A DNA stretch of 62,648 nucleotides, filler included, from Asterionella formosa (GCA_002256025.1; 13 parts of 13 records of this genome joined end to end with filler, not necessarily neighbours in it), one strand, 5' to 3'; shown: positions 1 through 13,759, counted from the first letter of the whole stretch. Made by a program: numbers and translations. Notes: generated by a model not told the origin, from the sequence alone.

Positions 1-139
1 GTAAGCTTAGCCTGTTCACTTTCATAGTATGCATTTATCATACATATAACGAAATATGTATCATGAACAGAAAAATTCTGTGCCAGTTATTGCATGATAC
101 CCCTGATCTTATAAGTGCGATATTATTTATTTGCAGACG
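1..139 (-). repeat. Family B element terminus (...TTTATTTGCAGACG)
   Basis: Positions 70-139 align with 30095-30163; 1-70 is the reverse complement of about 44459-44530; it cuts the Gypsy RT at the terminus. Confidence 0.8.
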
Positions 140-2310
140 AAGCCAATAACCAAGCCAATCTGTTTCTTTAACTGCCCATTCGGATTTAAGTGGATTGACT
201 GTAAATTCATTTGCCTGTAGACGGTGTATAACAGTTTCAATTGTTTTCATAGGTGACAAATAATCCTGAGAAAATCTGCCAATGTCATCAAAAAATATTT
301 TGACATCCGGTAAATCTTTTAAAATACTTTCCATGATTTCTTGAAAAAGGCCTGGTACTTGCGAAGCTCCCATTGGTAGACGTTTGTACCGAAAATTTCC
401 ACATGGTGTAACTTCTGAATGTTTGTGAGGTACCAGAAAGGTTTTACAGCGTACTGGTTTTGTACCATCCTTCATTTCCAATTGATTTTTTCCTACAACT
501 TTCTTTAATTTTCCATAAATACGAGTTTCTAATCCTTGAAAGGTCGTTCTCAATTGCATTTTTTAACTTTTGTTTAGATTTTTGTTGGACAATCACGTTA
601 TTCACAGGAATTTGCTCATTTTTAGCCTCCTTAATCTCTCTCAAATACATCTTCTCTACTAGTTCCTCATCAAAATGATAATTATTGATGTAAAAACTCG
701 GTTTCTACCTTTTTTCATTTAATCTCGGCGTCCTTCCATTTTCATTGTTTTATCGGAATAGCAAATATCAGTTTTTAACTCTTGCAACCAATCTCTTCCA
801 ATAATTGCATCATAGCACTCATTAGAATTATCAAAAACGAAAATTTTACCTTTTTCTTTATTTCAGAGATTGCGTAAACTCTGGAAAAATATTTTTTTGA
901 AGTTTTACTTAACGGTTTGTCCCTGTTTTGCCACTCAATGTCGTAGCCCACAAATTTGCACTGCTCCAATAGTCAAAGTTATGTTTTCACTAATGATCGT
1001 GTACTTCCTGGATCAAATAATATCATTAGAGATTTCTTCATTTCTTTTTCTTGAATTGGCTTGTATTTGCATAATTGTGCATGGTACATTTTCATTATTG
1101 TTTTCAGCTTCTTGGTCGATTTCATTGTTATGCATTGAAAAAATTTCATTTGCAAAATTTTCATTTACATCAAAATGTTCACATATAAAAATCTCATCAC
1201 ACATATGGTGATCTTTACCTATGAATACTCTTGTTTTTTCGTGTCATTCCTGATTCCCACATCTGCCAGATAATTATCATTATTGATTCTGCTGTAATGA
1301 TCCCCGTCGTTGTTATTATTGGAGATTGTATTTGAGCGATTTCATGGACTTCCTCTGCAGCCACCATTGTTGTTTTCATTGAAGTCACCACTCCTCAAGC
1401 CGTTTCCTTGAACCAGGCTGAAATTATCTTCATTTTTATAATTATTATTGCCGTTCCTTTGCCTGTAATTATCCCCATAAGGATCGATAAATTGTTCAGG
1501 TACCTTTTGTTACAAAGATTAGTATCATTAGTTTTTTTTCTCTACTTTGCTTACCAGTACAGCTACCTTTGAAGTTCTTCGCTCTCTCCAAAGCTCACAA
1601 ACGGTTGAAATAAATCGTCATTTAAGTTTGACTCATTCCTGAAACTTGCAAATTGCTTCTTGTAAAACTTGTCTTCCGCTCTTCCGGCATCATAATATAA
1701 ACAATAGTTTTCTTTCCTCCTCTGTAATGGCAATTGGTCTTGTTTCCCCTCTCTCTGTAGTACTAGGTAAATCTTTAGCATAGTACAAGCAACAAATCTG
1801 CACACATCCAAACAACTACATCACCAACATTGATCTAGGCTTAGTAGTGGAATGTGAGTAATCCAAAAAAGTGAGATGCGCTGCTGTTTCATCCACAAGT
1901 GATGCAACAAAGGACCGGAAAGTATCACGAAAAGTATTCTCTGTTCTGTTAACTCCACCAGCACTTTCTCAGAAATCAAATCCCAAGCTGAGCGAGACTG
2001 CCCACGCGTATCATGATAAAATTCAAACCACTCTGCTCCATCAAGTGTTAACCTCCTTGCTACCTCCATTAACTAATGAAAGCAGTATAGTACTACCTGT
2101 TCCACATTCAACAGATCATGTGTGGGAACTTTTCATTTTTTTCTTTGTCCCATTCTTGTCATATGTCATTACCAATTCAACTTTTGGGAACGCATCTGCC
2201 TGTAATGCTGTTACCAAAAGCATTGGTGAACGTCTCTCCAACTTAATCCTCTTCTCATAGACCTTCCCAATTATGGTATACAAAAACAAGAATGTCAAAC
2301 AACTGTACCT
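140..2310 (-). mobile_element. Degenerate Ty3/Gypsy LTR retrotransposon (gag-protease-RT), RT truncated at about 140
   Basis: RT motifs YKRLPMG..PGLFQEIM..IFFDDI..FTVNPLKSEWAVKETDWLGYWL (140-460); protease-like ILFDPGSTRSL (about 990-1030); many frameshifts. Confidence 0.85.
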
Positions 2311-3234
2311 TATGATTTATTTTTCTGATCAGAATGCGCAGCCCTAGCTAAGGTAATACAGTCTTCAAATATTTGTTAAACAGAAATGATGAGAATATAG
2401 AACTAGTTTGGAAACCCAGAGGTGAACCTCAATTCGAGAAGCCAGAAAATCGTCAACAAGAAGTCCAAATTAGAAGCCTTTAGCCTCAAGTTCCAAACTC
2501 CTAATCTACTAATTAATCAAGTCAGTCGCAATAGTCAATAGACTCTTTCAAGGTGCAACCAGACTTTTGGTCACTGCCTCTCATGAAGTGTAAGCTCCGA
2601 AAATTCTCCAGCAAATAGCCCTTCCTATTCAAAAATTATTCCGAACCTAATGTTGTACATTTCGATTTACTTTTTTGGCGCGTTTTTTGTGGAATCGCGC
2701 CCCGATTGGAATGCTTGCTCTGAATTTATTTTTATATACATATATATATACATACCGGCATGCCTTTAGAGCATGCTGATGAGTGAATCGCCTTCATGTA
2801 CCAGCAGAAGCAGAAGGAGGTACCAGGTACCAGGTAGCAATAACAAATGAGTGGTAGACTAGACTAATACCGGTACCAGTACAGCAAAGCAATATTTATT
2901 TCATATATACTATTTTTTATCTATATTTTGCCAATACATTTCCCTAGTAGGTAGTTTTCTTGTGCTTTGACTCAACCGAATCGAGTCATTGCGCTAAATA
3001 TATAAAATTATGGATTTCACCACACACAAGTCAGTTGTCTACCAGCCATTACAATATCTCACACTCTTAGCAATGATATGATGTATGATTGAGCATATCC
3101 GAAACAGGGGATAGTGAATTACTAATATATAAGAAGAAAACAGCAATCGCCATGGTCATTGTGATAGCACTTGATTTATCATATGTAATGAAATTTAAAC
3201 AGTTTCCGGGTTTTCGGTCGACAAAAAAACCCAC

Positions 3235-3386
3235 CTGATTTCGTGACATGTGTGTGTTCTAAAGTCTATACAACTGTCTGCTAACAGTGCCTGCTGATTT
3301 CGTGATATGTGTGTGTTCTATAGTCTATACTACCCTGGTACTGTCTGCTAACAGTGCCTGGTACCGGTAGTCCTTTATCCTCAACA
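3235..3386 (-). repeat. Fragment of the Copia LTR 5' end, with a partial tandem duplication
   Basis: Matches 5519-5559 (ctgtctgctaacagt...tttatcctcaaca); about 59-nt unit duplicated at 3235-3360. Confidence 0.75.
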
Positions 3387-3388
3387 AA

Positions 3389-4200
3389 TGCTGAAGGTAA
3401 TAAATACACGACCGAGGGTGGAGACTGCCTGCGAGTATTCTTGTGTTCGAGGCTTGGGAGGCCCTCGCAGGTCAACCTTCTCGCAGCGCTGGCGAGTACA
3501 CAAGATTACGAGTTGGTAGACTCCTCCCGAGTAGGGTATTACCTAGGCAATTCACAAACTAGCTATCAGCATGCTTTTCGCCACTACATTGCCCTTTCTG
3601 TTAACATTGAAAACCTATTTTATATAGTATGTATGTTGGATGCAAACCAGCCAAAATTGCCCATCATATAAAACATATTTTGTAGATTTCATCTGTACAG
3701 TTTTTGGATTACTCAATCCTGCAATTGCCTATCATATAAAACATATTTTGTACATTTCATATGCTCCGTTTTTCGACTGCCAAACTACCTTTAATATTTT
3801 CAAAAGCCCCTAGATTTTATTGCCGAAATCGACTGCCATTTATTTAGGGGAATTTGATTACTGATATCTATAGCCCCTCAATTGACTGCCGTTTACTTAA
3901 GGAAAATCGACTGCCGAAATTGGACGAGAGTAGGAGGAGCTACATGAAGGCACGAAATGATGGTTTTCTTTAAAGTGTCGACGGTAATTCCACTGTTTAC
4001 ATCCCTGCTATCTTCCAGCATGCTCCGATGTATACAAAATCTGGTCATTGATGTCTCAAGTACTGACTCTTCATCAAATGGATCTGGCTGGTTGTTGGAT
4101 AATTCGATTTCTTATGGGATTCATATCGTTGCATCGTGCTTGCTTCGTCACAGTGGCGCCAAAATTTTGGTTCCCCTTTCTGTTGATTTCCGATAGCCTT
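3389..4200 (+). repeat. Family A interspersed repeat, divergent copy
   Basis: Starts TGCTGAAGGTAATA; 3540-3680 and 4040-4140 are homologous to 22350-22500 and 22790-22900. Confidence 0.7.
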
Positions 4201-4452
4201 TCCGGTCAACTCCTTCGCTATATTTGATATACAGTGATAAATAAATTAATGATTGTTCAAAAGCGACATCAATCAGTCATTGAGTATCAAAACTCAAAAC
4301 GTTATGATAGGTCAAAGTTAGGCTTCCATCTCGCCATTGAACAGGTATTTTCGTCAGATACTATGATCAGCCGTTAAATTTTAACAAAATTATTTTAGTA
4401 TGTTTTCTACGTGTTCTACACTTTCTCAAATCAGATCTCGGCAGCAAGTTTT

Positions 4453-4599
4453 CAAAAACATCCCTGAACACGTGAACTGGCGGGAGGAGTTCGAATCCTC
4501 CCATGATGCCCCCCAGGCACCCCACATCGATGGGACAGGCGGGCAAAGCGGCCGGATAGGTTTTCTCCTGGCGCCTTGGAACAGCCAAAAAAAAAAAAA
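4453..4599 (+). mobile_element. 5'-truncated poly(A) retroposon (SINE-like family S1)
   Basis: Ends TCTCCTGGCGCCTTGGAACAGCC followed by an A13 tail; homologous to 16714-16885 (reverse complement); hairpin GGGAGGA-GTTCGAA-TCCTCCC at 4482-4502. Confidence 0.8.
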
Positions 4600-4744
4600 T
4601 AGTGCTCACATGTTGGCTTTTTTCCGCTGCCCTACAATAGCATTGTTTCATTGCTTTCTAATCACAATATTACTTTTGTTACTTCTGCATAATCTTCTAC
4701 AATGACAAACGAAAAGTCGTCAATCTCAATGAGCTATCGCAAAC

Positions 4745-4844
4745 NNNNNNNNNNNNNNNNNNNNNNNNNNNNNNNNNNNNNNNNNNNNTTAATTAATTAA
4801 NNNNNNNNNNNNNNNNNNNNNNNNNNNNNNNNNNNNNNNNNNNN
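4745..4844. other. Artificial contig linker (44N-TTAATTAATTAA-44N). Identical linkers at 9583-9682, 14421-14520, 19256-19355, 24088-24187, 28917-29016, 33746-33845, 38573-38672, 43398-43497, 48212-48311, 53026-53125, 57838-57937
   Basis: Twelve identical 100-nt spacers with stop codons in all six frames; the contigs between them fall in length from 4744 to 4711 nt. Confidence 0.99.
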
Positions 4845-6811
4845 ACTGTAATTATCATGTAAATAAGAAATGTTATCCAGGTGATGACTGAAATGAGACA
4901 TATTCAATGTCTTGTCATGTATATAATAATAGCATCACTATTGTGCCAGCATTCTGCTGGTTTTGTAGGCACAAAGCCAGTAGCTGACCAACATGAGGGT
5001 TCATGACAACTACAGCAAATTTTCTGGCCAGATTCATAAAAGTTGGCAGGTATGTGTTGAGATGTTCCAGATCTCCTTGATAGTACTTACACGACTAGTG
5101 TCCAGTACTACTAGTTCTCCACTAGCTAGTTTTCGACAACACTTTAATCTACTTTCAGATTAACCTCTTTCAATGTTGTGATTACTTCAGATTACTTTTT
5201 CTATCAATCTTACCAAATTCTATCAATCCTGCCAAATTACTTGGTCTTACCAAATTGATCTTGTTTCATGAATCTTACTTTCTTGGATTTGTTCTTCACC
5301 TCAATCCACTCTTTCTCATTGGTCGATTTAATACGATTTGCAATTCCAATTGTCTCAGTCTGATCATTTAATCTTGCATGTTGGACTTGCTCTGTAGGAA
5401 TTGCTATTCCATTTACGAATCCCGCATATATTTTCCTGAACTGACCTTCTTGTTCCATGGAATTCCTCACGATGACTGTCGGTCATGCAGACTGTGCAGT
5501 CATGCATTGCAGTGCTAGATATACTACTGTCTGCTTACAGTAGTCGTTTATCCTCAACATCCTCCCTCCAACATTCAAGATTCCCATTTTTTATCCTTGC
5601 TGCGTGCTTTGTGTGCAACTTCTCTGGACAGTTCTTGCTTAGTATGTCAGCTGAGTTCTCTTCCGATCGTACAAAATGTATCATCAAATATCCTTGATCT
5701 TCAAGTTCTCGGATGAAATGTGCCCTGACATCAATTTTTTTTGTCCGTGCACCCACATGTTGGTTCTTTACCAAATAGATAGCTCCTAAAATGTCTTCGT
5801 ATACACGTCCAACAATTTCTCTTCTTTTGGATATTGCATTACTTCTTCAAGTAGCATGGAAATGAACTTGTTCTCACATGCTCCTTTTGCCAAACTGGTA
5901 TACTCCGCTTCTGTGCTTGACAATGTAACTATATGTTGTGTCTTTGACTCCCAGTTCACCAATGTACCACAGATTGTATGTAGACCAGACAAAACGCTCT
6001 TCCTGTTATCAATATTCTTTGCATAGTCTGAGTCCACAAATGATATAGGCCTCAGCTCCTTTGGGATCCGATATGTCAACCCATCATAGTACTATCTTGT
6101 TTTAATGTGTCCAAACAGTCTTTCAAGTGCTTTCCAGTGCTCCTCGTCTGGGTTTGACAGATGTTGTGCCAACTCTCGTGCAGGGTTTGCCAAATCTGGT
6201 GCCAACTTTGTCATCAAATACATTAATTTTCCAACCATAGAACGATATTCCGTCATTTTTACTGGTTCTCCTTGATTCTTACTGAGAAACTTGTTTGGAT
6301 ATCCTGGTGTCTCTGTCTCCTTAACATTCTTCCCAATTATATTTTCGAATGATTCAACAATTTCATCCTCCAACTTTGTCATACTACCCACAATGTAGAT
6401 TTCACCATTTTTATCAGTTTTCCATTTATACCATACGCCAAGATGCTTCTTCAATCTTCCAAAATCCGAAATATTAAACCTCTTCTGTATTTCCAACTTG
6501 AACTTTTCAATTTTTGTCTTTCTTCCAATCAATAAAACGTCATCAACATGTACCACAGCCATCAGAATGACTTCATCCACTTTACTCACCCAGTAATATA
6601 AACATGGATCCACCAAGCTCTGAGTCATCATCATTTCCTTTCTTAAGTATTTGCACAGTGACTTCATAAAAAGTATTGGGACATCGACTCCACCATACAT
6701 GGCTCTTGTCAGTTTGATGCAAAACTCCTTCTTTTCTTCTTCTGTGATAAATCCAAGTTCCACCATCATGCCTTCTGGCCATTCTGCATACACTGGCCTA
6801 TCTGATTCAAG
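4845..6811 (-). mobile_element. Ty1/Copia element: RT-RNase H, PPT and 3' LTR
   Basis: VYAEWPEG, AMYG, VHVDD, FVDSDYA, LSSTEAEY, RTKKIDVRAHFIRE, ENSADILSKN; PPT GGAGGGAGGA (5560-5569) next to LTR start TGTTGAGG (5559); frameshifts. Confidence 0.93.
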
Positions 6812-6815
6812 TTAA

Positions 6816-8947
6816 GGGTATCGTACGCTAAGTGGCACAGGATTTTCGTATGTATGATAATTTTTGGATCAAAAATATGATCAAGGTGTCTTGTAACTAT
6901 GATGATTTATTAATATTTTACCGACCTTGAAGTATAATGATAATACGAACATTATCATCACACAATGTATATAAACTGATCAACAGCATTTCCCATCAAT
7001 ATCATAAACCTTCTCATATTATTTTCACTTCTTGTTATCGCCTGATGTAAATTATAACTACAACGTATCCTAAAACCAGCTCAACTCTATGCTATCATGT
7101 GAATTGTTTCATCGTAAATCTATCATAAACAAAATCATAATTCTAATCACAAGCATTGTTCAAAATAGATTGAAATGGATCATAATTTAACTATCAAATT
7201 AAGCAATGCTATCTATTAATCTACATGCCAGCAAGCCAACGTTTCTCTCTCTACTCGGCTTAATGTCTATTGTTCCTGTCTCGCCCTTTTCTTCCTCTTT
7301 TCTGAATCTAGTAACTTGTCAGTAAATTCTTGAGTAATTAAGTTTCGGGTATCCAATGTTGTCGAATAAAACTTACTGGTTCATTTTTGTCAGCTTAACT
7401 TTGAGAGAGGTTAAACATTTTGTCAGTTTTGTTCCAACAGAAGTGAATAGGTCCAACGAGCGACAAGAGCACTTACGCAATTTGGTTTTGTTTTACATTG
7501 GTGCTCCCCATCAAGCGAAACGAGCTGTTGAATCAACTGAGAAAAAAGGAAATGTGCGTTTAGTTAACAATTTGTTGTTTTCCTGCCTCCCAACGATTTT
7601 CATCCAAGGAGTACCACATTGATGGCTTCATTACCTTAAACATTCTCCATCCTTCGAAGGCGCAATGTGTCGAAGCAACAATGTTTTTCGTTATGTATTG
7701 CATCAACTTTCTTTTCTTGTCATGTGCTTTACTATGACGTATCTTTTCATGAAGCAGCAGGCATTGTTTGTTAACATGACAGAACGATTTCAAAAATATA
7801 TATGCCATGAATATAATAATAAAATTTGTATATATATATATATTAAGTGTTATACATTTATAAAATTCAAAGGCGCTCTCGATATGGAACATCTGATATT
7901 GTTGAGATGATCATACTCGCATATACATAACTCGAAAATACTCAATGCACTGGAACAAAGAAGCAAGTTCCAAAATGAGTTAACAGAGAAAAAGCGAATA
8001 GGCGATTATCCAAAGCAACCCAATCGGTGATTGGGAAACGTTGGGGGTAATACCCCATCGTTGATGGGCACACCACCAGCTACTACTAGTACAAAGGATC
8101 CCGTAATTGATGCTGACAGCGATGATGACGTTTCTACTTCAGTTATTGATGCAAGAAAATTGGCTCCTGTCGATGATACCATTAATAACTCCCGGATGCA
8201 GATGGACAACATGGTACCATATCATAAATTTTCTAATTGCACGGACCAACAAGTACATGAAAAACTGAGGGAATAACATTTTGCACTTGCCAAAGGATAT
8301 TATCAATTGGTCAATGAACTCAATCACTACAAAGGTCGTAATTCGGTTCAAAACTCGTCCATAATCAAGACTCTTTAATTTCAGCAGCCTTATCAGAACG
8401 TCGTTCTCGCTTAGCTAAAATTGAACCGATCCATCAATTGTCACAAAGGTTGTGAGTTTTATTTTCAAGACCAAGAAGTTTTGCTGTGAACATGTAAGTT
8501 TGATGTTATAGTTCGTGAATTGCAGGTACTGTAAAACAGAATATCAATCAAATGTGCTTTTTTCTGGTCCCAAAAGAGAATCAAACATCCCGCCCTATCT
8601 GGTCCAAGTAGTATGAAAGGCATTTCCAATCACAAATAGGATTGGTTTGCCGAATGTTGCCTAACTCGGCTATACACAGTGAAACCGGAGTTAGGCAAAG
8701 AAGTGGAGAGTGACCCAGAGCTTGCCGATTTCATATGGAAGCAATGGTTCTGATGCACTAATTCCAATGAATCAGGCCATTGAACGTACCATCAAGGCAC
8801 GTTTAGATTACATCAAATCAACATTTGATGGCATGTGCATAAAAAATTTGAGAGAATGTCAGAATGTATTGAATAATTAATTTAAAGGAATCTTAGGTAA
8901 GTTCTTGCAGGGAGATGCTCCGAAAGCATGATGTTTTGAGTTGGTGA
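6816..8947 (+). repeat. Family B element segment inserted in the Copia
   Basis: 6816-7162 is a near-identical reverse complement of 29803-30126; 7960-8220 is homologous (reverse complement) to 47395-47660. Confidence 0.75.
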
Positions 8948-9582
8948 TTATATTCTTATCGTGGCTTTCCGAAATGTCTTAGGTTCTCCAGGATCTGACA
9001 CTAGTGTTGCATTGAATGCCACTTGATCCGTCTTACTGCGTGTTCTTATTCCAATTTTACCACCTTCAATCATGATTGGCACTTCAATTCCCAGCCGTTT
9101 CATTTCATTTTTCAACCTTGTCGAATTGTGTTGTGGTCTCTCAGCTTGCTCACCAGCTTCCACAGTAATATCATCTGCTCCATACCTTTCCATTTCTGGA
9201 GCATTTGTTCTTGTATAAATTTCTGGCAAGTCATCAACATCACTGTCGTCTGTCTGTGTCGAATTCGACTCATCACTCCTTTCTTCATCATCCTCTTCAT
9301 TTTCTTGCTCAATTCTTAAGTCTTTTTCTTCTAAAGTTTTCTTTTCCTCCTCATACATCCTCCTCCCTGCTCCAGACAATGGAAAATCCAGGTTTGATGT
9401 GGATTCTGCCAATTCATCCTCATATGTTGGGATTATATGGATAGGAGGACTGTCCTCATCAGGTTCTTCAATCACTTCTGGAGTTTCTGGCTCCTCCAAA
9501 ATCAACTCAGGGTCATAAATTTCACTCATAGTCAATCTGATATCGTTGGTAGCATTTGTTATGTCTGCCCAAGCATGAATAT
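8948..9582 (-). mobile_element. Copia integrase-RT linker, probably the same element as 4845-6811
   Basis: Acidic linker ending SDPGEPKTFRKA, the conserved motif before Copia RT; the RT N-terminus is missing and replaced by 6816-8947. Confidence 0.8.
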
Positions 9583-9682
9583 NNNNNNNNNNNNNNNNNN
9601 NNNNNNNNNNNNNNNNNNNNNNNNNNTTAATTAATTAANNNNNNNNNNNNNNNNNNNNNNNNNNNNNNNNNNNNNNNNNNNN

Positions 9683-9897
9683 GCGAAAAAGGCTTGTCAA
9701 TAGAGGATATCACGACAGAACTTCGCATGAGCAAGGGAGGACGTAGAGAGTTTGTTATTGACGCGGACTGCACGACCATTCATCACTTGGAAAAGGGTTC
9801 ATTGAATGAAATGATTAGCGACTTTTCAGACTTGAAGAACTCCATGGGACTCGACATAATGGACATTCGAGTACACAAAGTTTCGCCGCCACGGTAA
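9683..9897 (+). CDS. 3' end of a gene, possibly an ACT-like domain
   Basis: Open frame from near the contig edge (SIEDITTELRM..EFVIDAD..DIRVHKV*); resemblance to ACT domains is weak and judged by eye. Confidence 0.35.
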
Positions 9898-10559
9898 AGT
9901 AACATCTTGTAATGCACGATCAGTTTTAAATTCAATTGATATGGGTGCAAGTGTCTGCATTTATAGTGTTCAAATCGCTTTAAGACGTAAAGTCATGATG
10001 AGTCTGATAGCTATTCTTTTTACAAACCTCGTTAATTTTTAAAGAGCATTAACGACAAGGAGGGTGGTTATTGGAACCCGGGCCAGGCATCCCGATGTAA
10101 TTACTGGAGCAGTTGCAAGAGATCCTATTTAGAATCCCAGGTAAAAGTACTAGAAATAGTGGTTGACTCAGAAGAATGGCCTCAGACCTCAACGACGTTA
10201 GGGTGATCTACATGGCATTCAGGACTAGTACCAGTACCGGGTACTCCGAGCACCAGAGTACCCGATACGTCAACATCACTCAGGGGTGACTGTTTGGTTC
10301 AGCTGCAGCAAACCAATGTTGGAACTTGTTACGCAAAAATTAACCCCCAACAAGCAGGGGTAACACTTGAACGCATCAGCTAAATTTCTCAATCTCCGGG
10401 GCTCATGCTACCACATGGGACCGCACACCATCAACCATCATGATTGCACAAAAAATAAATGAGGGTGAGCAGGAAGGGAATACTAATCCTCCTCCTCCTC
10501 CTCCAAAGTCCCTCACGCAAAACATACAGGTACTCGGGGAAACCCTTTGACGTTTCATC

Positions 10560-11188
10560 ATGATCACGATGGCCAACGCCACTACTACAACCAACGCAAA
10601 GGACAATGGTGATGACAGGGAGATCGACGGCATTGTCTTTATCGATTACCACGACGAATCGCAGCTGGAATCTGTCATGTCTTTGGTTGGAAGGGACCTT
10701 TCCGAACCATATTCGAGTAGGTTAAGGTTGTCGTGTCATTTACCTGCCTGCTGAGATTGTTGCATTCTGACTTTTGTGTGTTCCTCGCAGTATTTACATA
10801 CCGATATTTCTTAAATAGATATCCACACCTGTGTATTTTGGCTTGTACGAAGGACAACCTAGAAGAACCCATTGGTTGTGTGGTTGGGAAGATGGACATG
10901 GAGCAAATCGTGGACAGCCAAGGCGAACGTGAGCTCCAGACGGGGTATATTGGCATGCTGGCCGTTCAATCCTCTCATAGAAGGCTGGGAATAGGTAGAT
11001 TGTTGGTCAAAAAGATCTTGAAGCGCATGAAAGACAGCGAATGCACGTCGGTGACGTTGGAGACGGAAGTATCAAATAAGGCAGCTCAGCGACTGTATCA
11101 AGATACTTTTGGATTTATTCGTGAAGAATTGCTTGTCAGATACTATCTCAACTGGGGAGATGCATATCGATTGCGACTATGGTTCTAG
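10560..11188 (+). CDS. NAA30: N-alpha-acetyltransferase 30 (NatC catalytic subunit); exons about 10560-10716 and 10791-11188
   Basis: Splicing the GTAGGT...CGCAG intron (10717-10790, branch TTCTGAC) restores DLSEPYSIFTYRYFL; also GYIGMLAV, RRLGIG, LETEVSN, RYYLNWGDAYRLRLW. Start codon uncertain. Confidence 0.93.
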
Positions 11189-11599
11189 TCTTTCCCAATA
11201 GCGCCAAGCATTTTATGACTGACACTTACCATGGACTGCTTACACTTTCGGAATAAGGGACCAGCAAGAATTAAGAACATGGATATTGTCGAATGTCTCT
11301 AATTTTGGGTGGACAACGCTGACAATTGTGCTGATACAGAAGTATCAAATGCTCAAACGTAGGGTAGTTCTTCATCTACTCAAGTAGCATTAAGCTGTCC
11401 AAAATGTTTTTCATGACAAACTTTGACACAAAAATGATCATGAATGATCTCAATTAAAGCTGAATTTTACAAATACTTGCCACATTTTATTTGTTTCAGC
11501 CACTTGTGCAATTCTCATGAAATGCATTTTCCATTTGCGCCATCCATATCATCAATCCACATCTACATATGTACCCTGGAAGAATTATATGATGTACAG

Positions 11600-12260
11600 T
11601 GGTGTGTTGTCCACTTTAAGAGGCAAATTTTTGAACAGTATCAAAATCAATGTTAGGGGAAGGATTTTCTTGATCTGTATGGTTTGATTGTTGGTTATTC
11701 AAACAATAGATGAAGAAAAGACTAATCTTACCATCATCCAACCACACTTGTGTGTGATAACATAAAACACTGTATCGAATATCCTTAGCAATCCGAAAAC
11801 TGTAGACTTTGGAAGGGCAAGAGTAGCTGCTAATATACAATAAGTCGTTTGTTTGTGATGTGAGATATCTCTAATTGCTGCAATTATTTCTTCACAATTA
11901 TATTCAAGAGGACAGCCAGCCAAGATCTTGCAGGAAAGCAATAAAATCTTGTTCTATCACCATTTTAATAAATGTTAATTAAACCTTATACTCTTTCTTG
12001 TTCCCACATGCATGGAAACAATTGGAATGTGCAGTTCCAAATATGTTGTTTAGTTGTTTTATCAATTTTGAACTTGCCCACCAAATATTTAACAGTTCCA
12101 AGCGCTAAAACAAGACAACCATAAATTTTGTCTTCCCCATTAGTTCCTCTTTTGGAACAGACCATCATCAAACAAAAGTTGACGCTCTTTTGGTGTTAGA
12201 TCCTTTCTCATATTCTTGTTGAAAAGAGGTGGCGACAAGAGAAGGGGGGTCCTGCATCTC
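11600..12260 (-). mobile_element. Decayed mariner-type transposase N-terminus (plant/oomycete DD39D-like)
   Basis: Frameshifted pieces KDLTPKERQLLF, LALGTVKYLVGKFKIDKTT..HIW and EIIAAIRDI..KQTTY..LAATLALPKSTV resemble the HTH region of such mariners; no TIRs found. Confidence 0.55.
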
Positions 12261-12459
12261 CATTTTGCTTCAGGTGCGCAAAAAAGAAAATCGAAAAAGC
12301 CCAAAAAGGTATTTTTAAATGTAGTTAGCAATTATAACTTTTCTAAATACTTTTTGGCTGAGTATAAAGGCGAGTTTAAGAAAAACTACTACAGTACTAC
12401 AGCGCTAATCACAGAATTTAGTGGTACATAAGCTACAGGGACCTCCGGGTCCCGATAGT

Positions 12460-13110
12460 TAATGAATCCTAAAAACGACCGATTCACCATGATGAAAGGC
12501 GCTCTCCAAGCGGCCAACCAGGCAAAGAAAAAACAACTCATATATGTGGGACAGAACCATTAGATAGTAATGAAATCCGACAGAAAGAGAATGCAGAAAG
12601 ACGAGGAGATGAAAAGGCAAACAAAGATTGACACAGGAGCAGTGAAAACCAGCAATTGCATGAATGTCGATTTGGCGTTTTCCACAAGCACTACACACAG
12701 AATTCACGGCAATGGTATCAACACAACGCAAACAGAAGAAAAACCAGGCACAGACAGTAATAAGAGAAAATAAAAAAAGAAAGTTAACACCTTTTTCACT
12801 ACAGTGAGCGCAATCACAGTGCAAGAAAGAGAAGAATACAACAATGGCGATATACTAAAAATCAACAAGAATAAAGAAGAAGACAAAGAAATGAAGAAGT
12901 CACTGATGAAGAACTTGCGCCAGAACTGGATGTGTTACTCAAAGCAATAATTTTTGTGGTAACGAAGACAATGAAGACAAAGACAAAAAACACGAGAAGT
13001 GCAGTGATAGAGAACTGAACCAAGAACGAAGCTACCACAATTTTTTTAAAATTACTTCCACGCAAGGAAGTGACTACCAACCAAACCGTTCCACCGCCCC
13101 ACCTTATAGC
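12460..13110 (+). repeat. Family C interspersed repeat (other copies 27780-28560 on -, 41565-41750 on +)
   Basis: Shared blocks such as agaactgaaccaagaac..gctaccaca..aaggaagtgactaccaacc and ccagcaattgcatgaatgtcgattt. Confidence 0.8.
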
Positions 13111-13519
13111 ATTTGGTGCTTAATTTGAAAGTAAATAAGCGTTTGGTGCATAAGGCCAGTGCTAACCTTGGACAAAAATTCAATCCGGTTTATTGTTGTT
13201 TTCATGCATAGAACCTTCCGCCAAATATTTATTGGTTTTGATGAACAAAATAAGCCTTCCATCCATTTAATTATCTCACAAGTGATGATGATAGAAGGAT
13301 ACGCTCTTCACAGTCTTCCTCACCCCAAGGGAAGTAATAGTTTCGCACCTTTTCAGCAGACAAGCACTATGATTCGCAAGGTACTACTGCTGCTTGATTG
13401 ATAGCACCGTGGGCCAAGTCAAAGCGGTATCACTGGTCCTCCAACAACCAAAGGACATGCCAGAAGCTCAGAAGTGGTGGGCAACAATTCTGCATCTATG
13501 AATTTTGGTCATTGCTAGT

Positions 13520-13700
13520 CAACATTAAACTCCATCTGCCCATATTATTGGCTGCATGAATGGGAAACTGTTGCAATAGCGTATAAGGAAAATTTTCCAG
13601 ATAAAGTCAGAACTGGCCCTGCATTTCATCGAAAACATGCCGAAGTACATAAAATCAAAAACCCACAGGTGATCTAACATGTCCAGCAGAGGAGGTTGGA
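13520..13700 (+). pseudogene. DUF6818-like remnant (transposon-associated Myb-like protein)
   Basis: EWETVA..YKENFP..RTGPAFHRKH..K.PTGDLTCP matches the recalled EW..V....R...L.RKF...K.PTGDP.CP pattern; frameshifted. Confidence 0.5.
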
Positions 13701-13759
13701 TTTACAGAAATGCTTCTGATGCTTCATCATTCAGGAACAGCCCCTGGCCTATGGATGTT

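Noticed and set aside
6812..6830. TTAA/TAA-GGG as a piggyBac or Harbinger end
   Set aside because: Sister copies (1-139, 30095-30163) continue about 37 nt further, so this is a truncation point of family B
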